DNA of 64,000 bases from assembly GCA_043228905.1 (NCBI GenBank), contig JBHGNT010000017.1:11842001-11906000 (forward strand), given 5' to 3'. Source of the stretch: Azolla caroliniana (Eukaryota > Plantae > Polypodiophyta). Of the stretch, positions 1 to 10,580 are shown piece by piece (the first letter of the stretch is position 1; the number at the start of each line of letters is the position of its first letter). Made by a program: the position numbers and the translations under genes. Under the pieces are notes generated by a model that had not been told where the DNA came from, searched no databases, and was given only the letters and a program-made list of their open reading frames with translations.

Positions 1-133
1 TCAACAACAACAACCTTAGCAACCAAATCAACAACAACAAAAATAGATGGAGAAGGAACCGCTCGAGCCCTTGGATCAGAGTATACTGGACATACTCGAT
101 GAAGACTGAAGGAGCTAACCCATGGGTTCGATG

Positions 134-489
134 TGTAATGCCCTGTCCGACGAGCGTGCCATGTGTTGGCCTAGAGTATGTTCTCGACGAGTAATGTGGA
201 TGGGGAGGAGTCAGAGTATAATAATATAAGTAGTAGCATAATTATTAGTTAAGTAATATTATAGAAACATATGAATCCAGATAGTTGTACTGATCTGGAT
301 CCGCATTGATTGATAGTTGGTAGCTGGTAAGGCACCGTTTTGTAACTTATACTGGACGACTATAAAAGGGTCTGGAATTGATGTAAAAGTTAATGGAAGT
401 AATATGAGATTAGTGTGTTTCTATTCTTAATTGTATACCTTTTGTACTTGTCGTTCGGTGCTTAAACTCTTAATCTTATGCGTGTTACA
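134..489 (+). mobile_element. Possible solo or remnant LTR
   Basis: Starts TGTAA, ends TTACA, and has an internal TATAAAAG at 361. No TSD or partner LTR found. Confidence 0.3.
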
Positions 490-649
490 ATTAATTGGTT
501 GCATAATAAGTAATCCGGAAGGCATCCGGGGATAGTCGGATCGGAATCGGATAGATAGCGGATATCATCCATATCCTAACCACCCCTTTCGAGAAGTGTT
601 CCGAAACAGACACCCTGTGTTTGTGGCTAAGTCCAAGCCAAGATAAACA

Positions 650-2642
650 ACTCCCTTGTAAAAGGATTACTCTTTCTATTTACAATGGTATGGAGTTGTC
701 TCCCTCGTAAACCTAGATTACATTAACATCTGAGATTATAATTACAAGTCAATCGGCATATAGCTGAGGCGGTAGAGGTAGGATCAATGTCTAGCCTGAT
801 TCGGCTACTCATTTGGATTTATTTGTCTAAATCAGTTAGATCATCTTACCTTCTACTCCTTGCTCAACACTCTTCGGCTCGGTCACTTGTCATCATCCAA
901 TCTTTGTCCTTAGTACTCTGAAGCATTGTTCTGGATGTGGCTTCGTCAGGCAATCAACGATGTTCACCTTAGTGTCGATCTTCTGGACATCGAGCTCCTT
1001 CTGGCTTACAAGCTCCCAGATATGATGATACCGCACCTCAATATGGTTGGTCTTCGCATAATAGCACCTTTCGAATATAGTCGGACTGGGAGAGTCGGAG
1101 AGTGTTTGTCATCCGATTTTGTTCTATCCTCATGCCCAATATGTGTTAGGCTTCTCCTAGTTCCTTCATCGTGAACTTGTCATGAAGGCTCCGCTTTAGT
1201 TTTCCGTTTTCAGCTTGATTGCTCCCTGCAATCAGCATGTCATCGACATATAGGATCAGATAGATCCGGGACTCGTTGGCTACTTGCCGAGTATATAGAC
1301 ATAGGTCGGAGTCAGATTGGTGGTATCCAAGCTACCTGATGTAGGAGTCAAACTCCTGGTACCACATCCTCGACGCTTGTTTTAAGCCATAAAGGCTTTT
1401 CTTCAATCGACATACGAGGTGACTTTCCTCCCTTGTCACCGTGAAGACTGCCGGTTGAGACATGTAGATGTCTTCTTCCAGATCTCCGTGTAGAAATGTC
1501 TTCTTGACATCCAATTGCTCCAACTCTAGGTCTTCTATCATTGCTTGGACCCTTTCGCGACAAGCTGAGATTTCTATTTGGTTTTCTCTGAGTTAGATAC
1601 ATATTTGTATCTGAACACCCATTTGTAGGGTAGCGGCTTCCTTCCTGTTGGTAGTTCATCCAACTCCCATGTTTGATTATGTTGAATCGAGACCATCTCG
1701 GATCGCATGGCTTGTAGCCATGTATTAGCATCCGGTGCAGCGATAGCTTCTTCGTATCTACTTGATTCACTTGCATCGGTGTACTTGACGTAGTCGAGGC
1801 CCGGTTGGTAAAACACTGTTGGCCTTCGATTTTGTCCAGATCTCCTGGGTGACGTATTGGTTGGTTTAGATCCTTTGATCGGCTCTGTCGATCAATCGGT
1901 ACTGGTTGAACCACTTATATCAGGAGACGTATTGGGTGACTTGCCCCTGTGATATGATTTCAGTGATGTCACTTCATCCTCCCCTTCTTCAGGCCTTCGG
2001 TGTCTTGGTCGGTTTGACTCTATCGCCTCCGGCTCAGACCTTCTTGACTTTGCCTTTTGTACTCCTGTCGATTCGGCTTTGTCTTTGATGACTTTGTCTT
2101 CGAGTTCTACTAATGGACCTCCTACCGATTCAAAGTATGCAGGTGTATTGTCGACTTGGTCGAGTTCAACTCTCTATCGAACCTCTGACTCGGTCGATGG
2201 GTCGGTCATTTTACGATGTCTCTATCGACATCAAATGATACCTTCTTACCAACTATTTTCTCCTGGTTCTTCGTAGAGAGAGTCTATTCTTCATTGAAGA
2301 CCACGTCACTATTCCGAATTAGTTTCCAATTCTCTGGATCACATAGCCTATAGCCGAATTCCCCATCGGTTCCATAACTGAGAAATATACATTTTGTTGC
2401 ATGGGGTGCCAACTTGGCTTGTTTCTCCCGGGGGATGAATGTGTAGGCTTCGCATCTGATTATACGGAGCCTATTATAGGTTCGTTGTTTGCCTGACCAT
2501 AGTTCTTGTGCCACTTCAAGCCTGATTTCTTTTGACGATGATAAATTGATCAGATATATACTGTTGTCTACAATGCTTCAAACCAGAACTCCAGCTTCTT
2601 GGAGCATTGCTATCACCCTCCTGGATCATTCGGTTGATCTGT
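650..2642 (-). mobile_element. Copia A, 3' half (integrase C-terminal part, RT, RNase H end, 3' UTR, PPT); decayed
   Basis: Minus-strand fragments: QLDVKKTFLHGDLEEDIYMSQP...LKKSLYGLKQ (RT), WELDELPTGRKPLPYKWVF, integrase CIFLSYG, RNase H AKTNHIEVRYHHI. PPT near 650-657. Confidence 0.85.
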
Positions 2643-3474
2643 TGTCGTGGTAGTTTGTGAGTATGTCTCAAAAGGGGTGGGACCACGGGGGTCTCGTACG
2701 AGGAAGAGATGGATGCTAGGAGACCGCCTCTCTCTAGTCCCGACTGCACCAGATGTGGCATGAAACCGGAGCGACTCCGGATGCATACCAGAAGCTATCG
2801 AACGCGAGAGAGGGAGAGAAAGAGAATACGTGCAACACCGACTTAACACACGCTACATATGTACAAGAAAGGAAAGACGAAACTCCGAAGATGCAGACAC
2901 AGACACAAATGCACAAAACTTCACTATATATGTACAAGAGCAAGATACAACCTTGGCTTCGAGTCGGACTAAGGGAGGTTAGGTTACAACAGCAGCCTGC
3001 TGCCAAGCCACCGATCGGGGAGCTCTCGAGCTCATCGCGCCGAGCGGGGTCTTGTACAGGAGACAGAGTAGAAGCAAAAACCCCTTAGGACATACAAGCT
3101 CTTAACCGGACTAAACCCTAAACATACACCAAGACTCAACCCACATGATGACGAAGAAGAAGACCTAGATGAAACCCTAAAGAAGTAAGTAAGGAAAAAA
3201 GAAGAGAAAAGCTATCATAGCTTAGACCTAGGTGGTATACCCTCCTAACTCAAAATGGGCAACCCTTTTACAAGGGACACCGTCTTCCTTTTATAGAACA
3301 TGGAGAGGGATGCGTAACAATGTGGGATAAATCCCTTATTACATGGGGTTCGTTAACCCAAATTAACTCCTATTCGGTGCCATAAGGGCACCCCTATAAT
3401 TCACACCCATATACAAGGGTAAGTGCACATGATGCACTTCACCAATACCACTAACTGCTCCAGTTTTCACTACA
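2643..3474 (-). repeat. 3' LTR of element C
   Basis: Direct repeat of 17836-18690 with about 20 bp missing near one end; adjacent to the PPT. Confidence 0.85.
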
Positions 3475-3701
3475 TCCACCCCCACCAAATCGCACGTCCA
3501 CTGGTACGTGCCAAATCCAAAGAAGTGTGATTGATTCTATCCGTAATGAGCAACCAGTCTACCGTAATCCTCATTGTGGCTGCCTTGTTGGCCTCTTCCG
3601 GTCCCGAACCGTTAGTTCGGGTTTCGTCTACGCACTTGCCTCTTCGTAGGCTCGTTCGACTTGTCGATAGGTCGTTCGTCGCAATCTCCTCTCTCGCGCG
3701 T

Positions 3702-4349
3702 TGTCGTGAAGAAAACCGTCCCCTAGCGCAATCGGTGAATAGCGCACATGAACCGGCCCTTCACGTGTGCGCACTCTTAATGTATATAATAGAGAATTAG
3801 GTACAGAGAGAGATCCGGGGTAGTTAGATTCGGTAGGTAGGAAGTAAATGAGGGAGATGGCTCCCTTCTTGATGTTATAAAGGAGAGGGAGATGGAGGGA
3901 GAAGATATAGCGCATTGAGGAGGACGAAGTGCTGTCGAACCGGAACCGAACGCTTCTCCTCTGTCTGTTCTCTGTTGCCCTTCTCTACAGGTTTCGGGAG
4001 GCTCGCGCTGCTTCGGGGAACGCCCGTGTGCTTCCGGCAGCACCTCCATCCTATTCCCATTTCGTGCGTAGACGAACAGGCATCGGCATCTATCCGCCGG
4101 CCTGTTCGGTTGTAGCCGCTCGCGTGTTCTACTGTGTACTCTTTATTCGTTAATATACAAACACTTGTTTCTTCCTGTCTCTGTGTCCATTCGCGTCTTC
4201 TGTGTTGATGGGCCGCCCCCCTGTGTTTGTTTGCTCATACGTGACCGGGCGTCTCTCTCCTTCTCTTTCCCCTTCTATCACCTGCTCTTCGGTTCAAGAC
4301 CCCGGTGGTCCCGCCTTGTTTCTACACGCACGCGCGTAACAACGCGACA
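3702..4349 (+). repeat. 5' LTR of gypsy D
   Basis: Highly similar to 14208-14855 and the same length. Confidence 0.95.
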
Positions 4350-4353
4350 TCCT

Positions 4354-4371
4354 TGGTGAACCCGACGTGAA
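4354..4371 (+). promoter_or_regulatory. Primer binding site complementary to the tRNA-Trp 3' end
   Basis: TGGTGAACCCGACGTGAA is the reverse complement of the plant tRNA-Trp 3' end (...TTCACGTCGGGTTCACCA), recalled from known sequence. Confidence 0.8.
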
Positions 4372-5719
4372 CCAGGCGGCAGAGGAGCAGAAGATGAGGG
4401 GGTCGGATCTTGTAGAGGCCATGGCTTCGGCCGTGGACCGGATAGTGAGCGCGCGCGAGGGCACCGGCGCCCTTGACAGGGCTATTGAGGCGATCGTCGG
4501 TACGATCGGCCGGTTCAGTGGAAAGGATGCCACGAGTTATTTGGTGTCCTACCGGGCGGAGATGTTGATGAGGGATATCCCAGAAGAGAGGCATCTTGCC
4601 GGATTCCCTCGAGTGGCGATGCCGAGCATCCATGCGGAGGTGCTCGAGATCCGGGCGCAGAGCCGAACCTGGGAAGAGTTCGAAGGACGGCTCTTGGAGA
4701 AATATGGGTTGGATGACGCGCTTCGACTTACGAAGCAAAGCTTCATGGAATGGGTGGAGTCCCCCAACAAAGGAAGAAATGCGTCGGTACTCCTCCGGGA
4801 GTTTGAGGAACGCTTTGCGTGCCTTTCGGCGCTCGATCGGACTGTTCTAGACACAAGTCGTGTCCTACTGTTTGTGAAATCGGTTGACACACGGGATCGG
4901 GGGCAAGTTGGCTCCTTACTGGAAACCGAAGACGGGTTGACGACCGACTGGGCCGCGGTAAAGAGAGTCTGTGGCCGTTTCGACAAACGGTGGGAGTGGG
5001 CTGATATAGAGGCGATCGGGGCGGGACCTGTCGCAGCAACGAGGCTCGAACCGATACCGCAGGCACGAAGGGAGGAGACCCGGGAGTGGCTCGAAACCGG
5101 TTCGTCTTCGACCGGCGTGATCAGAGGCTCGTCCGGGGGAACAACTCTGGAGGAGTTGACACGAGCGGTAAAGGATCTCCAGATCGCCCAGGCTCGGAGG
5201 GAAGGCGGCGATCAGGCTCGTGACCGACAGCCTTCGGCAAGAAGTAGGTGCATGTGGTGCGACGAGGCCGGCCACATCCGGAAAGACTGCGGGGACTTTA
5301 TGGAGGCTTTGAGAAGCCGGGTAGTGTACCTGTGGGAGGGTCAGGTGCACGCCAGCGATACCCGGAGGGCCCTGAGCCGAAACGACGGAAGAGGAGGAAT
5401 GAAAAGGCTGATGGAAGAGGCGGCAGCCCGGCACGCGGAGACCGTCGACTACTTAGCGTCAGCCGGTATTCGGGTCGGGGGTAGCGGGGCCCGGAAGGAG
5501 AGCAAAGCCGAATTCTGGCCGACGGTGCTGGAAGGCCTCGCCGGTGCCCGACTGAAGAGGGACAAGGCGGACCGCGCGGAGAAGCGGGTCCAGGAGGTAA
5601 CCGGGTGGAGTGACCCGGTCGAAGAAAACACGGGTTTTGTCGAAGCAACTTGCCAGAACTACGAGGCTCTGGTTGAAGACAAACGAGTGGGTAGAAACGA
5701 AGGGACCGGACCCTCATAG
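4367..5719 (+). CDS. gag: Gypsy D Gag with CCHC zinc knuckle
   Basis: 450-aa ORF directly after the PBS, containing CMWCDEAGHIRKDC. Ends at a single TAG in frame with the protease ORF. Confidence 0.85.
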   Translation: MNQAAEEQKMRGSDLVEAMASAVDRIVSAREGTGALDRAIEAIVGTIGRFSGKDATSYLVSYRAEMLMRDIPEERHLAGFPRVAMPSIHAEVLEIRAQSRTWEEFEGRLLEKYGLDDALRLTKQSFMEWVESPNKGRNASVLLREFEERFACLSALDRTVLDTSRVLLFVKSVDTRDRGQVGSLLETEDGLTTDWAAVKRVCGRFDKRWEWADIEAIGAGPVAATRLEPIPQARREETREWLETGSSSTGVIRGSSGGTTLEELTRAVKDLQIAQARREGGDQARDRQPSARSRCMWCDEAGHIRKDCGDFMEALRSRVVYLWEGQVHASDTRRALSRNDGRGGMKRLMEEAAARHAETVDYLASAGIRVGGSGARKESKAEFWPTVLEGLAGARLKRDKADRAEKRVQEVTGWSDPVEENTGFVEATCQNYEALVEDKRVGRNEGTGPS

Positions 5720-5803
5720 AGATACGAAACCCGATTCGGGCAGAAACGGAACGAGGTCGGTGAGTCCAGTGCCCGGGATAACCACAAGAAGGGCGGATAC
5801 CGG

Positions 5804-6427
5804 TTGGGCATGGAGATCGAAAGGACCACGGACCTACGAAAGGTCCTAGAAGAAGGAATCCTCGACAGCAAGGTGGAACTGTCGTTGCGAGAGGTGCTCG
5901 GGATAGCCAAGAAGGAGTTCCACGACTCCATCGTGGACTTGGTGAAGAGGAAGAGGCTGTCGATGGAGGTAGAACCGGAAAGGCCGGTGGAAGTGCGGAC
6001 GGCGCACATAGAGGACATGGCGCTAGAAGACGAGTGGGCGGAGAGCCACTATTCGAGGCCACACTGGGCCCGAGCGACCACGGAAACCCCGGTGAAAATC
6101 GGAGATGTTCAGGAACTGGTGGTGGCACTGGTGGACCACAGTTCGGAAATAAACCTTATGTCCATGGACTTCTACAAAAAGGGGAAATGGCCAATCAACA
6201 CTAAGCACGGGTGGAAGATACGGGCGGCGACGCGCGCCACCGAGGAACTACACGGGGCCTGCCCAAACGTACGAGTCAAGATCGGCAAAGTCGAAATAGA
6301 CCAACACTTCTTTGTGCAGGAAACGTCCTCGCACCCCGTCATTCTAGGGGAACCGTACATTACGGCGGCGCGAATGGAAACCAAGGTGCTGGACAACGGG
6401 TCGGCTTACGCGAGGGTCAAGAGCTAG
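5804..6427 (+). pseudogene. Gypsy D aspartic protease region
   Basis: ALVDHSSEINLMS...HPVILGEPY retropepsin motifs, in the same frame as gag; cut by copia E. Confidence 0.8.
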
Positions 6428-6442
6428 GACGGGCGTCATTCG

Positions 6443-9400
6443 TGTTGGGAGACAGGTCCCTCCGGATGGGAAGGGAGAAGAACAGTGCCGATGAACAAAC
6501 TCGTCCGAGGCCGAAACCGTATGAGGTGGACCCGGCTATGGAGAGCCGGATGATGCAGACCCGATGAAGACCGGATGAGGAGTACCTGGCTACGGAGAGC
6601 CGGATGGTACAGACCCGGTGAAAACCGGATGAGGAGTACCCGGCTACGAAGAGCCGGATGATGCAGACCCGGTGAAGACCGGATGAGGAGTACCTGGCAA
6701 CGGAGAACCGGATGAAGAGACATATTCGTAAATATGTTTTCTGATAGTCCATCGAGGCTATATTTGTAAATAGCCGAAAAGTCATATTAGTATAAATATG
6801 ACTTAGGGCAAACTAATAAGTGTAGTTGTCGTTTCTTGTTGGTGCAAGAGAAGCGAGAGTGCGTAACTGTACACAGAGAGAGAGAGAGAAAGAGGTCGTT
6901 GCCTCTGTTGTAACCGCCGCCTGTGGCGAAGATCTGTGAGCATGAGGTCGTTGCCTCAGTGAACTCACTATTGTACATTCTTACATAGTGACAGTTTGCA
7001 ACCTGTGGGCTGCCGTGGTTTTTCCCCTAGTTTGGGGTTTTCCACGTAAACCTCCTGTGTATCTTCCACCTCTTTGAGTCGTGTTTTATTTCCCGTTTTC
7101 TGTGTATCATTCTAAGCTCGGTTGTGGCCGAGCGTTGTGCATAAGGAGCGTTGAGTTCCCGTCAATTGGTATCAAAGCAAAATCGACACAGAAAATGGAC
7201 GAATCGTTTGGTGGCATGTTCAAGCTCACCGGCTCCAACTATTCAGTGGAAGTCGAAGATGAGGGATATGCTCGTGGTAAAAGACCTTTGGCTGCCGGTT
7301 CAGTTTGGGGACAAGAGGCCGGACAAAATCGACGCCGCGATATGGGAGGTGATGCACATGAAGACAACGGCGTACATACGGTGCTTCATCGACATGAGCC
7401 TATACAACAAATTCAATGAAGAGAGCAAGGCTCATGAGCTCTGGGAGAAGATCGGCATAATGTTTCAAAACAAAAATGTTGTTAATAAGGTTTCGGTATT
7501 CCGGAAGCTAGTAAGACTCCAGTACCAAGATGGCTCCAGCATGGCGGAGCATATGAATGCCTTCCAGGGGCTGATACACTAGGCAACGTCATTGGAAGTA
7601 CCTCTTGCCGATGAGGTACTAGCGCTACTCCTGCTCGGTTCCCTCCCAGATAGCTGGGAGACGTTGGTTGTCACTTTGGGCAACGCCGGGCCGGAAGGAA
7701 AACGGTTATCCCTAGCAAGAGTAAAGTCGAGCTTGCTAGATCAGGAGGCGCGTCGGAAAGACAAAGATACGAGCTTCGACTCCAAAGTGCTCCTGGCCGA
7801 ATCGGAACGCGGAAGATAGAGAAATCGTAGTCCCCAGAACCGGGAGAAGTCGGGGACACGGTCAAAGTCAACGGGGAGGCCTACTTGCTTCTACCGGGGA
7901 CAGTTTGAGGAGTACTGCCGCTCGAAGGGAATCCGGCTCGAATTTACCGTGCCGAAGACGCCGGAACTAAACCGGACCATAATGGAGAGGGTCCAGAGTA
8001 TGCTAGCGCATGCAAAACTACCCAAGAAGTTTTGGACTGAGGCACTGTCGACGGCGACATACGTGATAAACAGATGACCCTCAGTACCCTTGGACGGAGA
8101 CACGCCACAGAGAGTGTGGACCGGTAAGGAAGTATCCTACCGGCATCTGAAGGTGTTCGGGTGTCTCGCGTACGTGCATGTAGCTAAGGACCGGAGAGGA
8201 AAGTTAGATCCAAAGACCCGGCCATGCATATTCCTCAGTTACGGTGACGATGAGTTCGGCTACCGAGTGTGGGAGCCGGAAAGCTTCAAAGAAGCGGAGG
8301 ATGACTCCCACAGCCGAAAATGGTTAAGTGCCATGCAGGACGAGATGGATTCCCTGCATGAGAACCATACGTACGAATTGGTGGAGCTGCCGAAAGGAAA
8401 GCGGGCACTCCGAAACAAGTGGGTGTACAAGTTGAAACCGGGAGATGCCGGAAACCCCCCGAGATACAAACCCAGGATCGTGGTGAAGGGGTTCCAGCAG
8501 AAGAAGGGCGTGGACTTCGACGAGATATTTGCCCCGGTAGTAAAGACGACCTCCATCCGGACGGTGCTGAGTATAGCGGCAAGCATGGACCTCGAGGTAG
8601 AACAGCTGGACGTGAAGACGACATTCCTTCACGGCGACCTCGAAGAGGAGATCTACATGCAACAACCGGAGGGATTTGTGGAGAAAGGGAAGGAGCACCT
8701 GGTATGCCGGCTGAAGAAGAGCCTCTACGGGTTGAAGCAGGCCCCCCGGCAATGGTACCGGAAGTTTGACTCCTTCATGACCGATCAAGGGTACCACAAG
8801 ACACAAGCTGATCACTGTGTGTTTGTGAAGAAGTTCGAAGGAGGCGACTTCCTAATACTCCTTTTGTACGTGGATGACATGTTGATCGTCGGACGGGACC
8901 AAGTCAAAATACGGATGCTGAAGAAGGCTCTCAACCGAACCTTCTCAATGAAAGACTTGGGTCCGGCAAGACAGATGTTGGGGATGCACATCATTCGTGA
9001 CCAGTTAAAGAAGCAATTATGGCTGTCACAGGAGAAGTACTTGACAAAGGTGCTTCACCGGTTCAACATGTCAGAAGCGAAACCGGTCGAATCGACACTT
9101 CCGGCAAACTGCAGGCTATCCGGTAAGCAAAGCCCGAAGACGAAAGCAGAGAAGGCGGATATGATGAAGATTCCATATGCCTCTGCCGTCGGGAGCTTGA
9201 TGTACGTAATGGTTTGTACCCGACCTGACATAGGATATGCAGTCGGAGTGGTGAGCCGGTTTAGGAGCAATCTCGGCAAGGAGCACTGGAACGCGGTCAA
9301 ATGGATACTCCGGTATTTGAAGGACACCTCAAATATGTGTCTCCGATTCGGCTCCGGGAAACCTCAACTTGACGGTTTTATCGATTCGGACATGTCGGCT

Positions 9401-10576
9401 GATGTGGATACCAGCCGGTCTACATCCGGGTATGTAATGATATATGCGGGGGGAGCTCTTTCGTGGCAGTCGAGGTTGCAGAAAACGGTTGCATTGTCAA
9501 CCACAGAGGCAGAGTACATGGCGGCTGTGGAAGCCGGCAAGGAAATATTATGGATGAAGGACTTCATCGAAGAGCTCGGTATCTGGCAAGAGGAATACCG
9601 ACTCTATTGCGATAGTCAAAGTGCCATCCACCTTGCTAAGAATGCGGCCTACCATTCCCGGACGAAGCATATCTAGCGAAGGTATCACTGGATCCGGGAA
9701 AGAGTAGATGACCAGGAGTTCGCACTGACGAAGATCCACACGGCCGAGAACGGGTCAGATATGCTGACCAAAGTGCTGACACCTGACAAGTTGAACGCAT
9801 GCCGGAAGAAGATCGGGCTAGTAAGACACCCCATGCCGGAGTGAAGGGGGAGTTTGTTGGGAGACAGGTCCCTCCGGATGGGAAGGGAGAAGAACAGTGC
9901 CGATGAACAAACTCGGCCGAGGCTGAAACCGTATGAGGTGGACCCGGCTACGGAGAGCCGGATGATGCAGACCCGATGAAGACCGGATGAGGAGTACCTG
10001 GCTACGGAGAGCCGGATGGTACAGACTTGGTGAAAACCAGATGAGGAGTACCCAGCTACGGAGAGCCGGATGATGCAGACCTGGTGAAGACCGGATGAGG
10101 AGTACCCGGCTACGGAGAACCGGATGAAGAGACATATTCGTAAATATGTTTTCTGATAGTCCATCGAGGCTATATTTGTAAATAGCCGAAAAGTCATATT
10201 AGTATAAATATGACTTAGGGCAAACTAATAAGTGTAGTTGTCGTTTCTTGTTGGTGCAAGAGAAGCGAGAGTGCGTAACTGTACACAGAGAGAGAGAGAG
10301 AAAGAGGTCGTTGCCTCTGTTGTAACCGCCGCCTATGGCGAAGATTTGTGAGCACGAGGTCGTAGCCTCGGTGAACTCACTATTGTACATTCTTACATAG
10401 TGACAGTTTGCAGCCTGTGGGCTGCCGTGGTTTTTCCCCTAGTTTGGGGTTTTCCACGTAAACCTCCTGTGTATCTTCCACTTCTTTGTGTCGTGTTTTA
10501 TTTCCTGTTTTCTGTGTATCATTCTAAGCTCGGTTGTGGCCAAGCGTTGCGCATAAGGAGCGTTGAGTTCTCGTCA
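6443..10576 (+). mobile_element. Copia E, internally deleted, nested in gypsy D pol
   Basis: 722-bp LTRs at 6443-7164 and 9855-10576. tRNA-Met PBS TGGTATCAAAGC at 7167-7178, PPT GAAGGGGGAG, imperfect TSD ATTCG/ATCG. Removing it restores gypsy GRHSVQFLTV. Confidence 0.95.
7196..9844 (+). pseudogene. Copia E gag-pol remnant (gag, partial integrase, RT, RNase H); protease deleted
   Basis: Gag LLLLGSLPDSWE, RT LLYVDDML in the 528-aa ORF 8090-9676, RNase H ALSTTEAEY. Deletion junctions near 7893 and 8272. Confidence 0.9.
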
Positions 10577-10580
10577 ATCG

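Noticed and set aside
5717-5719. Programmed stop-codon readthrough between gag and protease
   Set aside because: The element has several other in-frame stops consistent with C>T decay (e.g. 6425-6427), so a mutation in a single gag-pol ORF is more likely. It cannot be excluded without other copies.
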